The notes under the pieces: generated by a model
What the model was told of the DNA's origin: nothing
Seen by the model: the letters and a program-made list of their open reading frames with translations, nothing else
Databases searched by the model: none
Source: a virus
Lineage: Duplodnaviria; Caudoviricetes
Direction: 5' to 3' (one strand)
IMG/VR virus record: IMGVR_UViG_3300036773_000080
Coordinates: 1-41,808 of that record
DNA length: 41,808 bases
In this document: piece by piece, positions 16,676 through 25,900 of the stretch
Numbering within the stretch: position 1 is the first letter of the stretch
How the letters are laid out: every line of letters begins with the position of its first letter
Program-made: the position numbers and the translations under genes

Positions 16676-16949
16676 GCTCCTCAAAACGTTCACCGATAAT
16701 GTATATTTTCAGCCTCCTGAAAATGTGAGTCTGGAGTATCCCTGCATTATCTATGCCCGCGATTTTGAGAAGACCGAATTTGCAGACAATGCTCCGTATA
16801 ACAGCAAACTTCGTTATGCGGTTACGGTCATAGATCGAGATCCTGATAGTGAAATTCCTTCCAAAGTGGCTGCGATGCCTATGACAGTCTTCAATCGATA
16901 TTTCGTAGTCAACAACCTGAACCACGACGTATACAACGTGTTCTTCTAA
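16650..16949 (+). CDS. tail terminator
   Basis: VYFQPP..LEYPCIIY motif; immediately precedes the tail tube gene. Confidence 0.7.
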   Translation: MAPRLQLHELLKTFTDNVYFQPPENVSLEYPCIIYARDFEKTEFADNAPYNSKLRYAVTVIDRDPDSEIPSKVAAMPMTVFNRYFVVNNLNHDVYNVFF

Positions 16950-16963
16950 GGGAAAGGTAGCAC

Positions 16964-17845
16964 ATGCCGCCTCTTACATGGGACAATGTCGGCGAGCGCC
17001 TGTACGAGACGGGCGTGGACCGAGGTGTCCTGTTTCTTCCGGATGAAACCGGAACGTACAACGATGGTGTCGCCTGGAACGGGCTCACCACGGTCACGGA
17101 GTCCCCTCAGGGCGCTGCGGCCACTCCGCAGTACGCGGACAACATCAAGTACCTGAACCTGATCTCCGCCGAGACGTTCAACGCGACGATCGACGCGTTC
17201 ACGTACCCGGAGGAGTTCGCCGAGTGCGACGGTACCGCGACTCCTGAGTCAGGCGTCGCCGTCGGACAGCAGGGACGTCACGTCTTCGGTCTCTGCTACC
17301 GGACTCGTGTCGGAAACGACATCGATGGCACCGATCATGGATACAAGATCCACATGATCTATGGCGCTCAGGCCGCTCCGTCGGACAAGGCCTACGGCAC
17401 CATCAACGATTCGCCTGCGGCGATCGCGTTCAGCTGGGCGATCACGACCACTCCGGTTCCAGTCGCCAATTTCAAGCCGACGTCTCTTCTGACGATCGAC
17501 TCGACCAAGGTCGACGCGGCCACTCTGGCCGATCTGGAAGCCATCCTCTACGGTTCGGGCGGAGTCGACTCTCGGCTTCCGCTCCCCGACGAGATCATCG
17601 GCATGTTCGCCGGTGCGGCTCCGGCTGCGGTCCGTCTGACGGATGCCAATGCTCCGAGCTACGACGAGGCCACGCATGTCGTGACGCTTCCCACCGTGGC
17701 CGGTGTCACGTGGGAGATCAACGGCGCTCCCGCTGATCCGGGCGCTCAGCCCGCTCTGGCGGTTGGTCAAACCGCTCTCGTCACGGCTCAGCCGACAGCT
17801 GGTCATGTCATCACGGGCGACGACGACTGGACGTTCGACTACTAA
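16964..17845 (+). CDS. major tail (tube) protein with C-terminal Ig-like extension
   Basis: LTWD..GERLYETGVDRGV...VAWNGLT...YADNIKY...AFTYP; GC3-rich codons like the capsid gene. Confidence 0.88.
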   Translation: MPPLTWDNVGERLYETGVDRGVLFLPDETGTYNDGVAWNGLTTVTESPQGAAATPQYADNIKYLNLISAETFNATIDAFTYPEEFAECDGTATPESGVAVGQQGRHVFGLCYRTRVGNDIDGTDHGYKIHMIYGAQAAPSDKAYGTINDSPAAIAFSWAITTTPVPVANFKPTSLLTIDSTKVDAATLADLEAILYGSGGVDSRLPLPDEIIGMFAGAAPAAVRLTDANAPSYDEATHVVTLPTVAGVTWEINGAPADPGAQPALAVGQTALVTAQPTAGHVITGDDDWTFDY

Positions 17846-17871
17846 GCCGGAATTAAGACAGGAGGCCAGAG

Positions 17872-18411
17872 ATGCTCACCATAACAGTTCCCGGCGTCGA
17901 GCATTTCGACGAAGACACTGAAGAGTTCGTCAGCGTTGGTGACGTTGTATTGGAGCTGGAGCATTCTCTGGTCTCACTGTCAAAATGGGAGGAAATCTTC
18001 GAGAAGCCCTTCTTGGGTAAGGAAGACAAAACTTCTGACGAGGTGATGGCTTACATCAAGCTCATGACCTTGTCCAAAGTTCCAGAGGAAGTTTTCCTCA
18101 AACTCTCCGAAAGCAACATCTCGGACATTGACAAGTACATCAATGCCAAGCGGACTGCTACCTGGTTCAATGAAGCTCCGGGAGCTCCACCAGCCAGGGA
18201 AGTTATCACCTCAGAGCTCATCTATTACTGGATGGTTGCTTTCAACATCCCATTCGAGTGTCAGTACTGGCATCTCAACAAACTGTTTACATTTATCCGA
18301 GTCTGCAACATCAAGCAGGCCAAGCCGAAGAAGATGAGTCGATCTGAACTCGCTCAACGAAATCGGGAGCTCAATGCTCAACGGAAAAAGCAATTGGGGA
18401 CGACGGGTTAG
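17872..18411 (+). CDS. tail assembly chaperone
   Basis: Follows the tail tube gene; LEHSLVSLSKWE and ITSELIYYWM...CQYWHLNKL; single ORF, no frameshift needed. Confidence 0.65.
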   Translation: MLTITVPGVEHFDEDTEEFVSVGDVVLELEHSLVSLSKWEEIFEKPFLGKEDKTSDEVMAYIKLMTLSKVPEEVFLKLSESNISDIDKYINAKRTATWFNEAPGAPPAREVITSELIYYWMVAFNIPFECQYWHLNKLFTFIRVCNIKQAKPKKMSRSELAQRNRELNAQRKKQLGTTG

Positions 18412-18423
18412 AAAGGAGGTGAC

Positions 18424-19224
18424 ATGGCAACGCTTACTTGGGAGAAGGTCGGCGATCGGGTCTATCATACAGGCCTGGATAAAGGCGTTCTCTATCTGAA
18501 GGATGGAACTGCCGTAGCGTGGAACGGACTCACTTCCGTCGAGGAGGATTCCAACAACACGCTCAGTTCTTACTATCTGGATGGGGTAAAGTTTCTGGAC
18601 AATTTGGCTCCGGGGGATTTTATCGCTGTACTCAAGGCATTCACCTATCCGGATGAGTTCGATCAGGTCATTGGACTTGCTGATGTCACCTCTGGTCTCA
18701 CCTATCACGATCAACCATTCCAGAGTTTTAATCTTGCTTATCGAACTCGAGTGGGCAATGATCTGGAAGGGACTGACTTCGGCTACAAGATTCATCTCCT
18801 CTTCAATCTGATAGCCAATCCGCAAACCTTAGTCTATGAGACGATCAAGGATGCTGTGACGGCGATCGAATTCCAATGGAATCTCACCGGTACGCCAACG
18901 AAGGTTCCTGGGGCCAGACCGACTGTTCACATCACCATCGATTCTCGAGACACCGATCCCCTTGTTCTCGAGGCGGTTGAGAACATGATCTATGGGACAG
19001 CGACGACCGGTCCTCATTTCCCAACAATCGATGAACTTATCAATCTGTTTGCCTATTATGGCGCTCTGCTCATCATTGACAACGGCGATGGCACATGGAC
19101 GGCTATCGATGAGTCTAACAGCTTCATCACCATGATTGATCCCACGACGTTCAGCATCGCCAATGCGGATGCGACGTTCACGGATTCCAGTACGTATCAG
19201 ATTTCTTCCACCAACACAGAATGA
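18424..19224 (+). CDS. second major-tail-protein paralog
   Basis: LTWEKVGDRVYHTGLDKGV...VAWNGLT...AFTYPDEF...YRTRVGND..GTDFGYKIH aligns with 16964-17845. Confidence 0.85.
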   Translation: MATLTWEKVGDRVYHTGLDKGVLYLKDGTAVAWNGLTSVEEDSNNTLSSYYLDGVKFLDNLAPGDFIAVLKAFTYPDEFDQVIGLADVTSGLTYHDQPFQSFNLAYRTRVGNDLEGTDFGYKIHLLFNLIANPQTLVYETIKDAVTAIEFQWNLTGTPTKVPGARPTVHITIDSRDTDPLVLEAVENMIYGTATTGPHFPTIDELINLFAYYGALLIIDNGDGTWTAIDESNSFITMIDPTTFSIANADATFTDSSTYQISSTNTE

Positions 19225-19235
19225 GGAGGTGACAT

Positions 19236-21002
19236 ATGGCTACAGTCACAGGTCTTACTGCTGATCGAATGCTGGCAATCGAAGCGGAATCGGTTGTCGA
19301 TGGAGATGTTGTCGGCGACAACCTCATTCTCACCAAGCATGACGGAAGTCAGATTAATGCCGGAAGTGTTCGAGGTCCTCAGGGAATTCCTGGGCCCGTT
19401 GGATCCATGCTCTCGGTTATTGCGGCGCAACCTGTATCTGATGTTGGAATTATCAATCAAATTCGTGCTGGTCGGCAGCTGAGCCCAGCTGATTTCGCGA
19501 ACATCGGATTGTCTGCGCCTTTGGGCTTGTGGAATCTATCTGATCTGAGTGATGCGAGCGGTAATGGTAGGGCGCTCAGTAATAAAGGTGCTGTATCTTT
19601 TGGCGGAGGTATCAATGGCGCGGCTAATACTGCTGCGCAGTTCGTTGGTTCAGCAGCTCAAGTACTTTATATTGCAGATTCGGGTGTGGCAGATCCATTT
19701 CGTCTAAAAACGGGAACTTTTGGTGCATGGTTTCGCACTCCAAAGAAAAATCCACCAACGGCTGAGTATATTATCAGTAAAAGTACCTCTGCCTCAGGTG
19801 GGTATGGCTGGTTTATATCCTTGGGCCCAACAGCTAATGGTTCATTTACTGTATCATTGCAAATATCTGGGAATGGTACTGCGGCTGGCGGCATATTTGG
19901 ACTATCAGATGTATGCGATGAAAAATGGCATTTTGTTGTTGCTACATATGATGGAGTACTAACTAGGCTTTATGTTGATGGTCTTCTTGAGGCGTCAGCA
20001 AATCTCATTAACGGTGCGATATTTCAAAGTTCTGGCCCATTTAATATCGGCGGTTATGGCGGAGATGCCGCGACTGCTTCCGTTAGCCCATTCGCTGGGC
20101 GAATCGATGAAGTATTCGTTACAAGCGATGTTTTGTCGGAAGATCAAGTTCGTAATCTATATTGCGCAAAGATTCCGCATACTCTTGCGGTTGTTCCTTC
20201 GCGTTTCAGCATCAACGTTCGACGACGTCGTCGTGGTGCAGCATTGGTGGCCGCAGATTTTCCAACTCAGCCCTTGCGTTTACACAATTTCTCAGCTGGA
20301 TCACTTGGCGATGAAGGATCTAATGCTATTGCGCTTGCTAGTGCTTCGACTGAAGTTAGTATAGCTGGTGTTGATGGTACAGCCAATAATGCTCAGAGTT
20401 TTATTGGTAGCAATAATCTCTACAGTACTGATGCTGGATTGCCTGCTGGTTTAGCAACAAGATCGTATGGCGCTTGGTTTAAATCAACGAGTACTGGTTC
20501 TGTAAATATTATGGCATGGGGTCAAACGCCGGGAACCAATGATGACCGTTTGCTAGTTAACAATGGGCAACTAATCAGCTTTGATGGCACTGATTCTAAT
20601 GGAAGCACTTTTGTTGCTGATGGCCAATGGCATTTCGCTACTGTGGTTGAAGACAATACCGCTGCTGATGGTGTAAAGCGTAGACTATATTTGGATGGTC
20701 GTCTAGTTTCGGCTTCAATGACAATGATCGCTATTGTCTTAGGTGGAGCAACCAATTTCCGAGTTGGATCTAATTCAACTGGTGGCGGAATGTTTGTAGG
20801 CGCCATTGATAGTGTATTTGTATGTGATTATGCGCTTACGCCAGAGCAAATTGTTTCGTTGTATAACAAGTCTTTGACTGCACTTACCCCATCGCCAAAG
20901 AATGTCGGAGATCATATAGAAGCGGTAGATGCAAACAATATTCTGGCCACATTTGATTCAATCGAATCGCAGAATCAGATTGATTTGGCGGTGGCGGCAT
21001 GA
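19236..21002 (+). CDS. tail fibre / receptor-binding protein with two LamG (ConA-like) domains
   Basis: N-terminal anchor with collagen-like GPQGIPGP; two WHF...LY.DG...F.G.ID.V repeats; AT-richer than its flanks. Confidence 0.8.
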   Translation: MATVTGLTADRMLAIEAESVVDGDVVGDNLILTKHDGSQINAGSVRGPQGIPGPVGSMLSVIAAQPVSDVGIINQIRAGRQLSPADFANIGLSAPLGLWNLSDLSDASGNGRALSNKGAVSFGGGINGAANTAAQFVGSAAQVLYIADSGVADPFRLKTGTFGAWFRTPKKNPPTAEYIISKSTSASGGYGWFISLGPTANGSFTVSLQISGNGTAAGGIFGLSDVCDEKWHFVVATYDGVLTRLYVDGLLEASANLINGAIFQSSGPFNIGGYGGDAATASVSPFAGRIDEVFVTSDVLSEDQVRNLYCAKIPHTLAVVPSRFSINVRRRRRGAALVAADFPTQPLRLHNFSAGSLGDEGSNAIALASASTEVSIAGVDGTANNAQSFIGSNNLYSTDAGLPAGLATRSYGAWFKSTSTGSVNIMAWGQTPGTNDDRLLVNNGQLISFDGTDSNGSTFVADGQWHFATVVEDNTAADGVKRRLYLDGRLVSASMTMIAIVLGGATNFRVGSNSTGGGMFVGAIDSVFVCDYALTPEQIVSLYNKSLTALTPSPKNVGDHIEAVDANNILATFDSIESQNQIDLAVAA

Positions 21003-21304
21003 GATCGTTAGAGCGAGATCGCAATGGTACACGTACCGTCACTGGCGTGTTTACTGGTGCGGGAGTAATTACTCGTGGCACTGAATTCACAGTTACTAGA
21101 ACTGGTCCTGGTGTATACATACTTCAACTTCAAGGTCTTAAAGGATTGATATCTGCCGAAGTTACTAATAATTCTGGCGCAGCTTACATTGGAACTTGTG
21201 CCGTGCAAACTGATGGCTCACTTAATATTTGGGGCTGGAATAATGCAGGATCGCTGATTGATCCTACTAGCATGGCTTTCACTGTCATTGGAATTCCGAG
21301 GTAG
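20999..21304 (+). CDS. small beta-rich tail-fibre-associated protein
   Basis: Start overlaps the RBP stop (ATGA); VTRTGPGVY motif. Confidence 0.6.
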   Translation: MRSLERDRNGTRTVTGVFTGAGVITRGTEFTVTRTGPGVYILQLQGLKGLISAEVTNNSGAAYIGTCAVQTDGSLNIWGWNNAGSLIDPTSMAFTVIGIPR

Positions 21305-21321
21305 CATAAAGGAGGGAATAA

Positions 21322-21660
21322 ATGGCCGATTCTTATATGGCGATTGCTGAAATTGCCAATGACGAGTCCATGAAAGAACGCATGTATGCGTGCGTAACAC
21401 AACAAGCGCATATCGGCAATGCACCGAGTATCGCTAACGATCCTCGAAATACCCCATTCACATGGGCCGCGCTCAATTGGGTTGATCAGAATCGATATCT
21501 ATGGGCGTCATCTCCCGAATGGGGAGCTGCGTGGGATTCAGCTCTTGCCGGACATCCAGATGATTCTACTTATCAGCCTGGAAAAGATGCTTCTGTTATT
21601 ACCGATGCTCAGATTCTGGCAACTGTTCAATCGTTCCTCGCACCTCCTTCGGAAACTTAG
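21322..21660 (+). CDS. hypothetical protein in the tail-fibre cassette
   Basis: SD AAAGGAGG; 112-aa ORF. Confidence 0.7.
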   Translation: MADSYMAIAEIANDESMKERMYACVTQQAHIGNAPSIANDPRNTPFTWAALNWVDQNRYLWASSPEWGAAWDSALAGHPDDSTYQPGKDASVITDAQILATVQSFLAPPSET

Positions 21661-21663
21661 AAA

Positions 21664-22539
21664 ATGAGACTTGAACTCTCTGGGAACATTCATCACCCAA
21701 ATCCGATCGGGATCACGTTCACGTCCAGCAACGCATTTGATCCCACGAAGTACCTCGCCATGGGTTACACCAACTTCGATGTCATTGCCATCGGCGGTGG
21801 TGGAGGTATGGGCGGGGGAATCGACACAGCGAACACCGGAACGCTGATCCGAAGTTATGGCGGAGCTGGTGGCGGAGGCGGGATCCAGAGAGTTAAAGGT
21901 CTCCTATCAGCTCTTCCAGCAGCTGTTCCGATCGTCGTCGGTCAAGGTGGTGCACCTGGAGTAGAAGATCCAGCCAATGTAGGACTCACCACAGATGGGG
22001 GTGATGGTGGATATTCATCGTTCAACGGGAACACCTGTGAGGCTTCTGGCGGCAAAGGAGGAAAACGTGTTCAGTCCAACTCCCATACTGTCACTACACA
22101 AGCCAATGGCGGGGATGGTGGTGTGGGAGGATCGCAGATTGCCGGTGGGGGAGGCAAGGGTGGTACCGCGGGAACTCCGGCTGCAGGGGGTCCGGGTGTC
22201 GCCGGTACGTCGGGAGCAGACGGAACCTGGAATGGTTCGGTGGGCTCTGGAGGCGGTGGCGGAGCTGGTGGAGTAGGCACTTATGGAGCTCGAGCTACCG
22301 AAAACCCAGCTACGGCTGGCGGTCGAGGTGCATACAACCCCGGCGATACGTCAGTTTCTGTTCTGGGCGGTCTTCCTTCTCTGGATCAGGAGACTGGTGC
22401 ATCAAGCATAATGCCCGGTTTCGGTGGTGGCGCCAAAGCCACTCCGGTCAATGGCCTGCCATATGCCTACGGTTCATCAGAGCCCACGCATAAGGCCGGT
22501 GATGCGGGTGTGGTTGTCATCAAATTGACGGCTGTCTAA
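21664..22539 (+). CDS. glycine-rich minor tail protein
   Basis: VIAIGGGGG...GGAGGGG...IVVGQGG...GDGG.SSF...G.VVI glycine-rich domain pattern. Confidence 0.75.
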   Translation: MRLELSGNIHHPNPIGITFTSSNAFDPTKYLAMGYTNFDVIAIGGGGGMGGGIDTANTGTLIRSYGGAGGGGGIQRVKGLLSALPAAVPIVVGQGGAPGVEDPANVGLTTDGGDGGYSSFNGNTCEASGGKGGKRVQSNSHTVTTQANGGDGGVGGSQIAGGGGKGGTAGTPAAGGPGVAGTSGADGTWNGSVGSGGGGGAGGVGTYGARATENPATAGGRGAYNPGDTSVSVLGGLPSLDQETGASSIMPGFGGGAKATPVNGLPYAYGSSEPTHKAGDAGVVVIKLTAV

Positions 22540-22925
22540 TGCCCAGGATCGAGATCACGCAAAGAGGATCATTCGATCACACCGAACGATATCTGCAGAA
22601 ACTCAGTAAGGGCCAGGTTTTCAACGTTCTCAGCAAGTACGGTCAGATGGGTGTAGATGCTCTCTCGAGTGCCACACCCTCAGATTCCGGTGAGACTGCC
22701 ATATCCTGGTATTACGAGATCGTCCAGCGCAAAGGTTATTACTCCATCCGCTGGTTCAATCGTCATGTTGTAGAAGGTCGTCCTATCGCCATTCTCATCC
22801 AATACGGGCACGCTACCGGTACGGGTGGGTATGTACAAGGACGAGACTACATCATGCCCGCTATCCGTTCCATATTTGATCAGATGGCAAGCGACGCATG
22901 GAAGGAGGTGACCTCAAGTGGCTAA
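22539..22925 (+). CDS. HK97 gp10-like tail completion protein
   Basis: ATPSDSGETA..W, ILIQYGH.T, YIMPA motifs. Confidence 0.75.
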   Translation: MPRIEITQRGSFDHTERYLQKLSKGQVFNVLSKYGQMGVDALSSATPSDSGETAISWYYEIVQRKGYYSIRWFNRHVVEGRPIAILIQYGHATGTGGYVQGRDYIMPAIRSIFDQMASDAWKEVTSSG

Positions 22926-25900
22926 TGTTGATGACAAAGTCGTAGCAATGAGTTTCGAATCTAGCAAGTTCGAATCTGGTGTCAACGGTACGATCGCGGC
23001 GCTCAGCAGGCTGAAGGCTTCCCTGAGTTTCTCAGGATCAAGCAAGGGTCTGGCTGAACTCGACAGTCAAGCCAATCAGGTCGACCTATCTCATATTTCC
23101 AAGAGCGTCGATGCCATTCGAAGCAAGTTCTCGGCGCTCTCCGTCGTCGCTATCACTGCATTGGCCAATATCGCCACTCAGGCTATTTCCGCGGGTGCTC
23201 GATTCGTCAAATCGTTCACTCTGGATCCGCTCATTGCCGGATTTCACAACTATGAGACTCAGATCAATGCCGTTCAGACCATTCTGGCCAATACCGGCCT
23301 GAAGGGCAAAGCCGGTCTGAATCAGGTCAATGACGCGCTCCAACAGCTGAACACGTACGCCAACAAGACGGTGTACAACTTCTCTGAGATGGCCAAGAAC
23401 GTCGGTACGTTCACGGCCGCGGGCGTTGGGCTGAAGACCTCAGTCGAGTCGATCAAGGGTATCGCCAATCTTGCCGCTCTATCCGGTTCCAGCTCGGAGC
23501 AAGCCTCTTCCGCGATGTATCAGCTGTCTCAGGCCATCGCTGCCGGTCGAGTCAAGCTGCAGGACTGGAACTCAGTGGTCAACGCCGGTATCGGCGGTAA
23601 GGTGTTCCAGAAGGCGCTGTTCACCACCGGTGAGACCTTCGGGACGATCAAGAACGCCAAGCTTGGCGAAACTTTTGACCAGTGGACCAAGGCCGGTAAC
23701 ACCTTTCGTGGTTCGCTACAAAGTGGCTGGCTGACCAGTAAGGTCCTGACCACAACGCTCAAGGGCTTCACCGGAGATCTCTCAGCTTCTCAGTTGAAGG
23801 CCGAGGGTTTCTCGGCTAAGCAGATTGCCGATATTCAGCAAATAGGTAAGACGGCCAACGCCGCTGCTACCAACATCAAGACCATGTCCCAGTTGACACA
23901 GGCCTTGAAAGAGGAAGTGGCGACGGCGTGGGCTGCTGTGTTCAAAACTGTGTTCGGCAATATCGGTCAGGCAACTTCACTGTTCTCCAAGGTGCATACG
24001 GTCGCTGAAAATGCGTTAACGAAGCCGATCTACAACCTAAACAAGTTGCTTGAGGGCTGGGCCCAGCTTGGTGGCCGGGCAAAGCTAATCGATGCGGCCA
24101 AGACGGCATTCAAGGATCTGGGCGCTGTAATGGCTCCGATCAAGGATGCCTTCCGGGAGATCTTCCCGGCTTCCACAGCCAAGAATCTCTACAATATGAC
24201 GGTCAGTCTCGATAATTTCATGCATTCGCTCAAGCCGAGCGCTGCTACTGTCGACGGGCTAAAACATACCTTCGCTGGACTGTTCGCCATATTTGATATC
24301 GGCAAGCAGATCGTCAGCGGAATATTCACCGTCTTCGGCGAGGTGTTCAAGTCACTCAGCGGTGGCACAGGCTCTGTCCTGAAACTCACTGGGAATGTCG
24401 GCGACATCATTGTCGCCTTCGACCAGTGGTTGAAGCGTGGCGATAGGCTTCACAACTTCTTCGTGACATTGGGGAAGGATATCGCCGCACCACTAAGGGT
24501 GCTGAATAATCTGAGACTTGCCATCGTCGGTGCATTCGCCGGAATCACGGGAAATGCCTCCGCGGGATTTTCGAAAGCTCTGGGTGGAGTCACCGGTGCA
24601 CTCCCGCCGCTTCAAAAGGGGTTGGAGGGAGCTCAGAAGGTCTGGGACAGGTTCACTTCGTCGTTCAGTGGGATCGGCCAGTCACTTCAACCTGCGGTGC
24701 AGGCTATCGTCAAACTGTTCGGTCAACTCGGCAACGATATTTCGAACGCTGTCCAGCACATGAACTTCCAGTCCATCAACCAGGCCCTTCGAACCGGTCT
24801 TCTGGGTGGAATCTATCTCGTCGTCAAGAAGTTCTTCAGTGGCACCTTCGCCAAGGGTATCGGTGGAGGCATCCTCTCTAACATCAGTGAGTCGTTCGAA
24901 TCTCTCTCCGGTTCTTTGAAGGCACTGCAAGCCAACATCAAGGCGAACACGCTGCTCAAGATCGCCGCAGCCGTCGGAATCCTGGCGGCAGCAGTAGTTG
25001 CGTTGTCTCTGATTGATCCTAAACGGATGAACGCGGCGATGTCGGCTCTGGCCATCGGTTTCGGTGAGCTGCTCGGCGCCATGAAGATTCTGACTACCAT
25101 CAGTGGTGCGACAGGTTTCATCAAGGTGCCGGTCATCGCCGCGTCTCTGGTCATCCTGGCCACAGCTATCGATGTTCTTGTCATCGCGGTCAAGCAGCTC
25201 TCTGGGCTCAGCTGGGAACAGTTGGCCAAGGGTCTTGGCGCAGTCGGTGCTCTCCTGGTTGGGATCACAAGAGTCGTGGAGCCCCTGTCCCGGAACTCCG
25301 CAGGAATGATCACCGCTGGTCTGGGTATCACAGCCATTGCGGTGGCTATGAAGATTCTGGCCAGTGCCGTAGCCTCATTCGGCAGTCTCAGTTGGGATGA
25401 GATCGGCAAGGGACTCACTGCGGTTGCCGTCGCACTCGGTTCTATTGGTGCAGCATCGAAGCTATTTCCAGCTGGGATGGTGCAGATAGGGCTTGGCCTG
25501 ATCGGTGTCGCCACTGGTTTGAAGATCTTGGCCAGTGCAGTCGGTTCATTCGGAAACATGAACTGGTCGACAATAGCCAAGGGAATCGGCTCCATTGCCG
25601 CATCTATGGTGGCTATCGCTCTGGCCATGAAGCTCATGCCTCCGGGTATGGCTCTTCAGGCTGCTGGTTTGGTCATCGTTGGTCTTGCCCTACAGGGAAT
25701 CGCCAAGGCGGTCGGATCTTTTGGCGGGATGTCGCTGGGAACACTGGCTAAGGGAATAGGAACTCTTGCCGCGTCTCTGGGCATTCTGGCCATCGGGCTC
25801 ACTGCCATGACGGGAACCCTTGCCGGATCTGCAGCATTGGCTCTTGCCGCTGCCGGACTGGCTCTACTTGCCCCAGCTATCGCAATTCTAGGGAGGCAAT

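Noticed and set aside
17872-18423. Programmed -1 frameshift in the tail assembly chaperone
   Set aside because: No downstream overlapping ORF to shift into; the next gene has its own SD and is a tail-tube paralog.
19236-22539. Diversity-generating retroelement or invertible tail-fibre cassette
   Set aside because: No reverse transcriptase, invertase or template/variable repeat pair seen.
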